DNA of 57,540 nucleotides. Source: Trypethelium eluteriae. Its lineage: Eukaryota. Shown piece after piece: positions 11,517 through 22,860 of this stretch. Each line of letters starts with the position of its first letter. The stretch's first letter is position 1. The position numbers and the translations under genes are program-made. The notes beneath the pieces are model-generated. The model was not told the origin of the DNA. It worked only from the letters and a program-made list of their open reading frames with translations, and searched no databases. The stretch lies in assembly GCA_051942245.1 (NCBI GenBank), contig JAVECL010000085.1:1-57540 (forward strand), given 5' to 3'.

Positions 11517-14500
11517 TCATGCATGGTACCTTAAAGGCACCTTCGTTCCGCCAGCAATGATAGCAAATTCCGCCACCGTCGGTCCCGTCCCGTTATCAAA
11601 CGGCGTCGCCTGGTTGCCCTTGACCGACAACGTCACGAACCGTCCACTCCACACTGGCTCTGCGAGCGTCACATTCGTGCTATTGCTCATATACGGCACG
11701 ACGGCATTCTGATCCACCGACCCATACGGAATGCTTATAGCCACCCGATCCGACGACGTCACCACCACCGACTCCCCCGCCGACGGGTTCGACAGGTTGC
11801 TCGTCGAGATGGTGAATTGCCGCGCCACCGCCTGCGCCCAGTCAATGCTGAAGCCCGTGATCAAGTAAGCCTTATCCTGTAGGATCTGAACGGTGATCGA
11901 GGACGTGATGTTCGCGTAGGCGGGCGCCCAATGCGTACTGATGGCTCCGTCGACGGCGGCGAGTGGAGATTGGCCTGGCTGGTACTGAGACGTGCTGCTG
12001 ACGGGCTGACACTGCGCGATGTTGCCGGGCACTGTCTTCTGCTGGCTATATTCGCGGTTCGGGACGACGACGGTTTCATTCCAGTGGAGGGAATAGTTTT
12101 GTGTTCGGCCGGTCACGGTGACGGGGATGGGGTTCTCCGCGAAACTTGCATTTGCAGTCGACAGGCCTCCTGTCAGGCGCTCCAGTGTCGTGTGTGACTG
12201 ATTCGACGTTGCCTGGATGGGCCACCCGCTCCAGTATATTGTTCGGTACTTGAGATACGGAATCTGCGGTGGAAGATTGGGATTGATGCTGAACGATGTA
12301 TCCACGAGCTCGAGTCCCAAATAGCCGTACGGCGCGACTCGCAGCGCGCCGCCCATGCCTGTAAGGAAGGGAAAGGCAGGATGTGTTCCGCCATTTGCAT
12401 CGTAATCGTCCACTAGCTGTTCTGAATACTGGTACCAAGGACCGCGGGCATAGGGTAACGATCCATACAACCAGTAGGTATAAGTAGAGCATCCGGAAAT
12501 AGAGAAGAGGTTCGCTACAATGGAAAAGACACTATACGTCATCCCTGGACCGTCTGTGGATTGTTTGCCAGCGTAATAGTCAAGGTCTGCCAACGAATAC
12601 TGATTCGGGTAATCAAGCAGATCGTCGATGAGAACGACGTCCGCTTGCTTCACGGAGATCGTACCATTCATACCAGTATATTCCAGGATGAGGCTAGCCT
12701 GGTTGTCGATGGGCACAAAGATCTTACCGATTTGGTCTCTCCAGGTCTCGTTGACTGGAAGTCCGAAACGTTCGCGGAACGCAATTGCCATGGTCAAATG
12801 ATCCTTGATGAGCACCATCGTATATCCGGGATTGTCTACATTATTTGCATATTCATCCTTTGTCCCTATAAGCTTTGGAAAGATGATGACAGAAGAAAAT
12901 ACTTACAGGATCAGTAGCATTATACAATTCGTACATCCCAGATGTTCCATTGTAGGAAAGAAGCGTTGAGTAAAATGCGGCTATTCCATCATAAACAGGA
13001 AACAGTTCATTTCGGAAGTATGACGTATCACCTGATGCTAACCAGTAATTTCTAAATGATAGACCTATGTCGCCGTTGATGTGGTACTCGTAGTCAAAAC
13101 AGGGGCCGGTCCCGGTGCAGTTTCCGAATCTTCCACTTGTCCAGGGATAAATTGCCGCTTCCACGAATTCGCCAGATTTATCCTTCTGCGACGAGGTGAA
13201 GATAGTATTGATGTTCTCTTGCGCTTGCGAAAATTTGGCTACCCTGTACTGAGGGATCTGCTTGGAGGCTTCCGGGTGAGCAAGAACGAGACCGGGAGAC
13301 ATCCAAACTTCGGCATCCCAGAAAATCAAACCCCCATAGCAATCGGAACCTAAGCCGCAGACCGGAATACTATTTATAGTAAGTTTTTGGTTGTTTCCAG
13401 CTGCAGCGACAGCATTAGGACCGACTGTGTTCTCGAGAAGATAATAGGAACTGGTTATTGCCTGGATTTGTTCGTCAACAAGATCTTGATTGTCGAGAAG
13501 AGATCCATTGCCAGGGTATCGGAAGCTATCCGTGGAATCTTCATTGATGATAGTAGCCCACTCTTGATTATGAGAGTCGTGTAAGGCTTGGTATCCGACC
13601 AGGGCCCCGGATGTAGAGGCATTACAAGCGACTGCTTGGGGATCCTCGTATGCGTCATTGGATGCAGCACCAACGTATTTCTCAATCGTGCTGGTATGTC
13701 TAGATGAGAGTGCAACTGTGATGGACTGACCAATGGACGACTGGTTGTGGCCAATGATATTGCCATCTTCTACTTGGCTCCAGGTCAATCTGTCTAAGCA
13801 TCCATCTCCTTTGAGTGTCGAATAGACATATGCGGTAACATTGCTGATCCCATTCGGCCTCACAGCACTCCAGATCGTCTGCGTATCCTCCTCAGCCGCT
13901 TTGTCTACAAAATCTGTCCGCACGGCAGAATCTCCGTTCAAGATATCCACGATCGTCACGTTCACATTCTGCTCGGCTGTCAAGCGCAATTGGACAACTG
14001 CTTGGTTAACAAAGAGCTTGTGTACAAATATGCTGAATCCCACGTGTATGCCAGGTCCGCCCGGCGGAGTCCAAACATAATCCCATGTCTTCGTCCCAGT
14101 TCGGAAATTCATTGTCGAAGAGAAGTTAGAGATCTGTTCTGGCTTGACGGAGGCATTGAGAACATTTCCATTGGCTATGACAGCTAGGCCGCCGAAATGC
14201 ACGATGCCACTGACTACGCTCTCCCCGCCGTATTGATTCAGCCATGGGAAGTTAGACCCATTTGTTGTCGGCTGAAAGTCATAGAACCCAGCGACCGTGG
14301 CGAAGCTCTGGCGACTATTGAACAACGGCCAGCCCTCGATGTCGTCTCCATCGACCGGAGTGTCTCTCTCAAAAAGAGGGCCGACGGCTGCCACATTGAT
14401 GCCTAGGTAGCCATTCGCCAGTGAGATCCGGGATTGGTAGTGACCCTGTTCTAGAGTAGTCGTCGTGATGCTCCATTCGTTGTCGTCCCAGCTAGCTCCG

Positions 14501-14625
14501 GGAAATCGTGTTTTGTAATGGTGCTGTGGTGTTGATGCCGATGAGGCTGATGGCCGTTGTGTCGCGTGAACTTCAAACACACTGAAGGATATTACGAGAA
14601 GGTGAAAGAGCAGGAGAGAGTACAT
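11517..14625 (-). CDS. ATH1: Secreted/vacuolar acid trehalase (GH65) with C-terminal discoidin-like domain, 2 exons
   Basis: Signal peptide, then SLANGYLG, YGGLIFWDAEVWM, GPCFDYEYHINGDI, ATDP|DEYANNVDN, VKQADVVL and HPAFPFLTGMGG. Intron at 12906-12858. Confidence 0.92.
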
Positions 14626-17558
14626 CTTGATTGAAAGAGAAGATCAATAACTCTGCACAATGCTTATGGCGAATTGACTCCACATTACCAATGTCTTGAG
14701 CCTCTAGAGTGAAGATATTGCAGGCAGCTGATCAATGATGCTCCATGTTCCTAGGAAACGCGTCAGGCAGGCTTGAGAGCATGGAACAGATGTGCAAAGC
14801 AACCCAATCGGTTTCAATTCTCAGAGGCGGCATCATTATGTTTTTATGTAAAAAAAGGCCCGAGCGGCCTACCTGACCTGACCTATCTGAGTGTCACCGT
14901 AAGGCATGATGTCGATGGCAATTCTACTGGTTAGACGATTCAGGGAAATACAAACGAGCCGCAGCGCGGTCGCATGATGATGCTGACGGCTCCACCCGCC
15001 AATTGTGAAGCGGCACAGGGAAATCCAGCCGCATGCGTCACTGAAAACCATGGCGTTGGCGTTTGCGGGGGCGGGACAACGGCGCCGACTCTGGGGAGAA
15101 CGGAGTCACCGGGAGTTTTCTAAATTTTGGTATGGAGTATTAAGCTTCGGATCAGCTACTGAATGCGAACCACAAGATGGGGTTGATCCGTATGGCTTGG
15201 GATTCCCATGATTGCGACAATAAATTCCAACGAAATGAGGGACCGCGAGGTACTCCTTCCCTACATTGATGTGGCCTCATATCATCGAGAGCAGATGGCG
15301 ATCGTGGGACTTCCACTCCTTTTGAAACAAGACCAAGGAATCTATCAGTAAGTGGCAAATCGGTCGGAGCGTGCGTTACGGAAGTTTTTGGAGATCTCAT
15401 CAGGGTGTGGCATGAGGCATATTGGTGCAATTCAAGATGTGTGATATTTTCACGTCCATTCTTATCAGGACCCCTCAGCATATTTCATCTGTATCTTGAA
15501 AAGGATGGAGGGAATCGAGCAGGAACAGCTAGAATGCCTCACGTGTTCGTTTGCATCTCCACACAACCTAGCAAAGCCCCAGTGGGATCTTAAGGCACGT
15601 ATGCTTCCGCGATATTTCTTTTCACGTGCTCTTGAGACATCTTCTTAAACGTTTGTCACCTGTGCCCGATTTAGTCCTCCTGTCATGAGAAGCAAGCGAG
15701 TGATGAGACCAAGGTACCCTATAGCGCTAGCCAACTTTTGATAGATTGGTGAGTTGCACGGTCCCATCCCAGTCTTTCCATCCACAAATCGAAGTTGGAC
15801 GACCACCGTTGAAGCTCATCTTCATGCAAGTGGAATTGCACCATAGCTAACATCCCTAGTGCAAGATACCCACATCCTAAAGGATAGCTTTCGTACTAGC
15901 CTGTGGTTCTGATAGCTACCTCATCGTCTTCACGGCTTCACTGTCAGGGATCAAGCAGTCTCTTAGAGTCCAAACCGGTAGGAAGTCTAAGTTTTGCATT
16001 AATATCTCTTTATTGAAGAATCACGATGCTTAGAAACCCTCAATGACGATTGGAAGATTCTAAACGTTACAATTTTGAGCGAGATCCGATAGACTGGAAC
16101 CGGCAATGCGCATCGTCGCTACCCATCCCACTGAGGCCAGTGGATAGAGTCAGGTGCGTTTGTGAAGAGAGCGACACTGAGCTTTGGTTTCTGCACCATA
16201 CTAACGCAGTTCGGGAGGTCGATGACAGGTTGAGGATATCTGCATTGCGGTACACCAAGGTTAATCTCATGGGTAAGCCATCCTGTCTCTCATCCGCCCT
16301 ATTCTTCGTCTGTGTACGTTGCATTCATGAGCATCACACTACCATTTGTGCAACAGGCGATCAAATTGAGAAAAGACCGGTAGAGGAAAGCAACCCGTAC
16401 GACACGTCGTTGACATTCTGGCTCGTAGGTAGCGACTCAACCCACCAAGGGTGAGAGGCTGGAGCTAATCGGGTCCAGCATCCTTGCGTTAGACAAAATC
16501 GGTCTTCGTAAACGTGTCTTATTTTGACAAAGGTTCAGAAGTACCTCAATGGGCTATGGTCTGATGCTACTGATTCTCATGCAAATGAGAATTGCGTGGT
16601 AAGCTTTGCTTGAGAGCTTTTTGCTGACAGAGAAAGGCTCTATATCCACTCTGAGTATACTCTAGACAATTCTAGGTGAAGTCGAGCCGTGAGAGGCGAC
16701 GTGATTGGCATTAGAATTAGCGATGAAGATGACGAGAACGCCAACGCTGTGGGGTAAATCCTCGCTAGAGTACCAGGCAAAATACCTCCGCCTCTTCCGG
16801 AGGCTGTTCCGACTGGAAAGGCAGAGCCGAATACGATGAGCTTATCTGCTCGATAATGACAGCGAAAGTAGTGGATCAGCTCTTGCCATATGCAATAAAT
16901 AACGACTCTGTGTTCATGGAGGATAATACACCAACGGGGACCGGGGTCCCCAACTTACTCGAGAGGATGCGTTTGGCAGACGGTGAAAGACAATATCACA
17001 ACCCCTTGTCAGGAGCCAGCCGCTGCTAAAGGCGTTGCTCTCTGTATATAATGATGTTCTTTGTGTTTAGGGATTTTGTGAGTTTGTTCTGCTGCCGCCA
17101 ATCCTTTTCGACTCGATTCTTGCCCACTGGAGCAACCCGAGGAAAGGCATGAAGTGTCCGGGCTATCGTTGATAGGTTTTTGCTTAGTTTTGTAGAAAAT
17201 TGACCTGGTGTATGAGTACAATGAGAGCTGAGCTTCACCACCATGGATTTTCTACCAAGTCGTCCTGAGCACACATAATTCTCGGTTTACGATAAGCAAG
17301 TGCCATCAGTACACATAGTGCAGGGCACTGTAGCAGTATGTCTTCCGGCTCTGAATAGAAAGGGACATCACTCAGACGTATTGTCTCTAAAAGGGTCCTA
17401 CTTCGAAAGAACGTGGTGTCTGAATGAAGAAGTCATTTAGCTAACGGTTTAGGAGGAATCCCCAGTATCACAGCACCCCTTACGCAAGTCACCAAGTCCT
17501 GAAAGCTCATTTTCAGCCGGTTTATAATCGATGGGGGGTGAATTCCAGTTTGCCTTTT

Positions 17559-17697
17559 GGGCTGATGGTCTAGGTAATTAGTTTCTACATCTTACTTCCA
17601 AGCTGTTGGCTAAGTGAATAAGGGGTATGATTTTCGCTTCGCATCGTCCGACAATGTGTTCTGTGAAAGGCCGGGGGTTCAAATCCCCCTCAGTCCA
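17559..17697 (+). tRNA. tRNA-Ala(CGC) interrupted twice: 49-nt spliceosomal-type insertion in the D-loop (17574-17622) and canonical 18-nt intron after position 37 (17644-17661)
   Basis: Removing both gives GGGCTGA TG GTCT AGGGGTA TGAT T TTCGC TTCGCAT GTGAA AGGCC GGGGG TTCAAAT CCCCC TCAGTCC A. This is a complete cloverleaf with the G3:U70 Ala determinant, A73 and an intact B-box. A T7 terminator lies at 17703-17709. Confidence 0.88.
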
Positions 17698-17702
17698 GTT
17701 CC

Positions 17703-17709
17703 TTTTTTT
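17703..17709 (+). terminator. Pol III oligo-T terminator of tRNA-Ala
   Basis: Run of 7 T beginning 6 nt after the discriminator base. Confidence 0.75.
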
Positions 17710-19745
17710 GCCTTTCTCAACTCCGTTTGCTTACAGTTTTACAAAGGTCGGCTGGTGGCAATTAGGTTGGGGTTGGGTACCATTTGTAGGTATTATAATC
17801 CACATGTGCGCACAATACCACACCAGCCCCTTCATTGAACACATCTCACTTCATTTTGATGCGAATGAACCAGTATGGCCAGATCGATCAGTTAGTACAC
17901 CATTGAGGGACGGAACCAACCGCACACAATTTTATTGTATAGAGGGATAATGCCTAACGGACCATAGGTCGATATGATGAAGCGTTACTCACGCAAGTCT
18001 ACAAGTATACAACGTACCTGTGATTTCCGCTTATTCTCGACAGTGAAGTCTTGAGTTCTTACGAAACAAGTTACAGATGAGACAAGGTTTCGGTAGATTT
18101 CGGGTTCGGGATGCACCTGCGGCCAAAAGTTGTATCCACGTAGAATTATGCGTCACAATACAACATAGAAGTGCGGTGAAACCTCTGACCGCAGAAGCCA
18201 TACCTTGCGAGGAACTCCTAGAAGAATCGCCAGCGGTGCTTATTGAGCATGAACTAATTAAAATGACCACAACCTCGCTCACTAATATCGAACAGTTAAG
18301 TGGAGCAAATGTGGTAGGGAGACCTTGGTATCATGCCGTTGAGTCAATCCTGCAAGCAGCATTCGGATCTGACAACACTCTTGATGCGGCGACGGTCAAG
18401 TCGTTTTTTGAAATTTCTCCGCGGGTGTCCAACTTGGCCAAGCAAAGGGCTTCCACCTTTGCAACTATTGCAAATTCGATGTATGAAGCGCATTTCTTAG
18501 CCTTTTCGTCAAAGATAATAATATAGCAATCGAAGCGTATGAAAGAAATTCGCTTTAGGACTGAAAAGGGAAATTGCCAAGAACAGCAAGTCCATTGCAG
18601 ACAAAAGGGCGACTATCCCCAGGGCATCAATTTTAAGCGAAGGCTCATCGAGCAAACCTAAAAAGTTGCGGTCGTTTCCGGCCGGGGCACCCCTCGAACG
18701 CAACACCACGTAACCATGCGTGCCATGTAGCACATGCGTGCGACATGGCTGTGTGCATTAGAAAGCAGCGGTGTCGCGCAATCACCGAGTAATCAATGGA
18801 TTATGGATGCGATGCGACTAAGACACCGACTAGCCAGAAAACTTACACGAGGGCCCAGTCATGCAGGCGATGGTGTCAACTCCGCTCATGATGATGAGGT
18901 TGTTCCCGTGGTTCCGTTGAACGAAGCACCGAAGACTTCCAGTTGTGAGGAGAGAGTGCGGAACGGAACTTCCGCGGAACGTTAATAATGATCTATCATG
19001 TGGATGCCTGACGAGATTGTCATGAGGAAACCGGATGCGGATGGGAGGGCGTGCCGGATCGCGGCAGCTCGCTCAGTGCGGCCCGCCGAGTTGTGCCTAC
19101 CAGTCGGCGAGGGGAAACGAGCGAGCCAGCGAGTAACAAAGCACCGAAAGGCAGCGACGCGACAAGCAACTGAGGTACGTATCGTGTCAGCCTTAGGTGC
19201 TTAGTTGCCAGAGTAAACGGGCGGAGTCTCGCCCGAGCATCTTCTTTCATGGCCAAATTACCACAACCGGTGGCTCTGGGAGTGTTTGATGAGTGGCTTT
19301 TGGGCGCTCTAGACCCGTCCCATGGGCTTGGCTCAGCTACGTACCGATTAGTATGAGGCTGAGAAAATCACCGGTGATGGTTGGGTGGATGCTCGATTTG
19401 TATGCAACCAAGCTGTTGGAAGGAAGGAACAAGTTTGGGATTGAAACATCATTCAACTGGTTTGATTATTCGATTCGCCTCTACCTCTAACTCTATCACT
19501 GAGCGAGGGAGACCCTAGATACAATGATGATAAAAAAAGCCCCGTTCGCTCCTTCGACGGCACCACTAGTGCGCCTTGCCAATTCAATGTGAGTGGAAAT
19601 GTCCAACCAAAGATCATCTTGATCTAGTCCCGATACAGAAAATGGATATCGTGTAAATGCTTTTGAAACAGAAGACCATCCTCATGATCGCTTACTCGCT
19701 AGAGACGCTCGATAAAGAAGTAGCACAAGATGAACAGATTGCCGA

Positions 19746-20540
19746 TCATGCAGCAACTTCAATCATCGGGGCGTTCCTCTGCGGAATGAAGTATCCATCT
19801 TCTATGAAGGAGTCGTGGCTATCAGATGGGAGCGATGTAGCTGGTGCTTCCTCTTCGCTGAAGAGAGCGGTCGTTGTGATGGCTTGTCGCTGCTTCTCTG
19901 ATAATTCGAAGGATGGTTGAGGTGGTGATAGTGGTTGAGATTCGTCCTCAGAGTCAGAATCGTCGACAAGATCAGGAGGGTGAGAGGATGTTCGTGTGAG
20001 CGCGTGTTCTTCGTCGTATTCAAAATCCTCGTAGTCCTCATCATCGATCTCCATAGCAGTGACATATTCTGCCGGTGGTGATCGTATCCGTCGAAGAGGA
20101 ACAGCCATCTCAACATCCTCATCGAAGACATCGTTCTCAGAGTCGCTATCTGAAGTCTCGGAAGCGTCATCATCTTGCTCCTCATCTTCGTCTTCGCTGA
20201 TAGTGTCAACCCATCGGATGTGAGATCGCTTGGAAATTTCCTTGTCGGCCTTGCGAACGGTCTCATTGAACCATGCCTCTTGCTCTTGCTCAGCATCGGC
20301 AAGCTCGAGCATCAAGGAGTCGAGAAGATTTGCGTGACCAACAAGAAGACGGAGGTTGTGGTCGGGGCGAGCGGCCTCACGACCAAGTTTCGTCCTTGCC
20401 TGAGAGGCAACGAAGTAGGTTTGGGTGAGGCTCATCTTTTGCTTCTTCAATGGTGGTGAAGCTGGCGATGAGATGGATTGAGAGGAGATGGCGACAATAG
20501 GTTCTTCAAGAGAAGATTGGTATCTGAGATGGGAAGGCAT
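19746..20540 (-). CDS. Ecm13/YJR115W-like acidic protein
   Basis: Conserved fungal motif MSLTQTYFVASQARTKLGREAARPDHNLRLLVGHANLLDSL, followed by an acidic low-complexity tail. Intronless 264 aa. Confidence 0.75.
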   Translation of the reverse strand: MPSHLRYQSSLEEPIVAISSQSISSPASPPLKKQKMSLTQTYFVASQARTKLGREAARPDHNLRLLVGHANLLDSLMLELADAEQEQEAWFNETVRKADKEISKRSHIRWVDTISEDEDEEQDDDASETSDSDSENDVFDEDVEMAVPLRRIRSPPAEYVTAMEIDDEDYEDFEYDEEHALTRTSSHPPDLVDDSDSEDESQPLSPPQPSFELSEKQRQAITTTALFSEEEAPATSLPSDSHDSFIEDGYFIPQRNAPMIEVAA

Positions 20541-22860
20541 CTTAGGCAGCGAGAATATCCCAAGGCTGCAAAAAATGAGTCAGTATTAGTCGTAGTAAAG
20601 TTTTTGTGACTGCCTGTGAGGACTCACGTATTTGCTGAAGAAGCCGTTGTGCGTGGACCAATCGGTGACTAGGCGGTGACGATGCTGCACCAGAGATCGG
20701 AAGCCTGATGAATTGTTCTTGGATTGCTTTCGAAACTGTTTCCAATTCGAAGCTGTGATGATTCTCTCTTGATCTCGTAGTTCTTGATGTTGTTTGAGAG
20801 GTTGATGGAGTTCTGAAACCTGGGGACAGTCAGCTTCTTTAATCTTTGAGCTGCTGGAGCTGACCAACATAGGGTAAATCGGGGTCGGTGAACGGGGATT
20901 CTCTCCTAAGACCGCTTCTCGGCCGTTATGGCAGAGTCATCCCCGCGGCGCACGCCAAGCACCCCAAGAGTCCTGCAAGCCCAAGTCATCATCTCCTGCC
21001 CATCCCTGCTGATCCCTGCTCACCCATCGGATTTGTGAGCAAGTCCGACCCCTCGTTGCCTCGAGACAAAGGCTGCACGCTCCGGCTAGGACTTAAAGCG
21101 GCGCCGAAGCTTCCATGCAGTGGTGCACCAAACCATGACTCTGATTACACAGCACTCATCTCTCCGCCCTTTTAATTTCGTGGCCCAATGTTACCGCGCG
21201 TAGATTGCGGCTTTGAAATCTCTCCGCCAGATGCACTGCTGCACTGCATGGTGATGGTGACTCAGCCTGGGTGATTACTCACCGCACATTTTCTCTATGC
21301 GACGCTTCGTCGTGATTTCCTATTGCATCTAATCGTGCTTGCCCTTGCTAATGTTACGATAGGCAGACGGTGAAAGCAGCCTCGCAGTGCATGCCTACTT
21401 GTTGCCTGGCCTACAGAGACAGCTTGCGACGAAAAAAACGCGGCGCCACGTAACGACACAAAGGCTGGGGTTCGGGTCCTTTCTCTCCTTCATTAAAAGA
21501 TTAAATCAAAAGCGTAATAATATGCGATGTGTCCGAATGCGTCCTATGATTCGTAATGGACTTAAGAATATGGTTTTGGACGCGGCGTTTGCGCTCACAT
21601 CCTCGCGTCTTCATCCAATCGCGTCTTCGCCCAACTCGGCGCGAAGATCGTTCCGCTCAGGATACGTAGAATGCACAATCTCCATCGGACCCGAAGTGCA
21701 CGTCACCTTCTCGCAGGTGAGCCTAGTTCTGCCGAGCCGGACCCGAGCAGCGGGAACGGCAAAGCAATCAGGCCGCCTCGACTGAATATTGGACCGTGGG
21801 CCAACCACAGCCCGTCGCAGATCGCAACCATGTGCCACGTTGTGCTGCTGGACTTGCTTAAGACCGAATGGCATTTTCACTTTTCCATCCCATCTCGAGA
21901 ATTTTGGAGGTTACCGATAATTTTGTCCACGCACGGTAGAGAAGCCGCCCCGGCAATCATTGTAGAGTCATGCGCAGTGGTTCGATTTCCGTTCGACTAT
22001 ATTTCAAATTGATTTTTGGAATGATCTTCCAAGGCCCCAAAAATTGGCCATGGAAGCTGTTCTGATTGGACGACAACTCGACAAATTATCAGAGTGCTGA
22101 CAAAGTCGGCCTGATGAGTTGCAGGGGTGTCGCGTGCGTTGACCCAGCTTGCTGGTTTCCTCTCCCCGCGCGGCGGCGATAACGGAACGGCCGTAACATC
22201 TCTTTTCTCCACTGATTGTACGGAGGTAACCACTCGGTGACTCCTCGCGCTGTTATTGGAATAACGACTTTGTCTCGTGTTGTGTTTTGCAACCCATGTC
22301 GCTCGCCAAGTAGCAGAAAACTTTCTTCTGAACAGTCATCGTTTCTGAATAAGATGTCGATATTTTCAAAATTTCCGTGAGTTGTGGGGGCTGTGAGAAG
22401 TCTGTTTGGAGCTAGTACTCAGCCTCGTGAACGTGGGTTGCCTTGTAACTTTCCTCAGCTCGTCCCGTATCCCCTGCTTCAGGAAACATGCTTCCACATT
22501 CGTGGCTGACTTGCTCACCGGCGTTGCCTATTCCAAACATTGCTATCCTCCCAAGCTGACACGGTCACAGCGCAGCACATGGCAGCCCTGCAAATCATGC
22601 AAGGGACCAGCCTCAGCCTTGTTGATCACACCGACTCCCTGCAGGCCAGTCATAAATTGCGTTGCCAGGGCTGGAGTAGCATCTCTCACTGCAGGGCAGT
22701 GGATTACCTCTAGGCTGTTACCAGGACGGTACATCCGTGCGTTGTTACAGAAAGGGTTCCTCATCTCCCACTTTGTTCATCTGATAATCGCTTATATGAG
22801 ATCATCCAGTTGTTCTCCACTCCTTTTCGCTGTAAAGTTTCCAGAGTGCACATTCCATAA

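Noticed and set aside
14626..17520. 2.9-kb ORF-poor region upstream of the trehalase, scanned for RNA genes and transposon remnants
   Set aside because: Only scattered CACGTG hexamers and tiny hairpins; nothing structured that I can support.
18077..18526. 149-aa ORF downstream of the tRNA
   Set aside because: No recognisable motif or supporting exon structure; could be a gene relic but cannot be supported.
22111..22118. CTGATGAG resembling a hammerhead ribozyme core
   Set aside because: No stem II followed by GAAA and no closing helices nearby.
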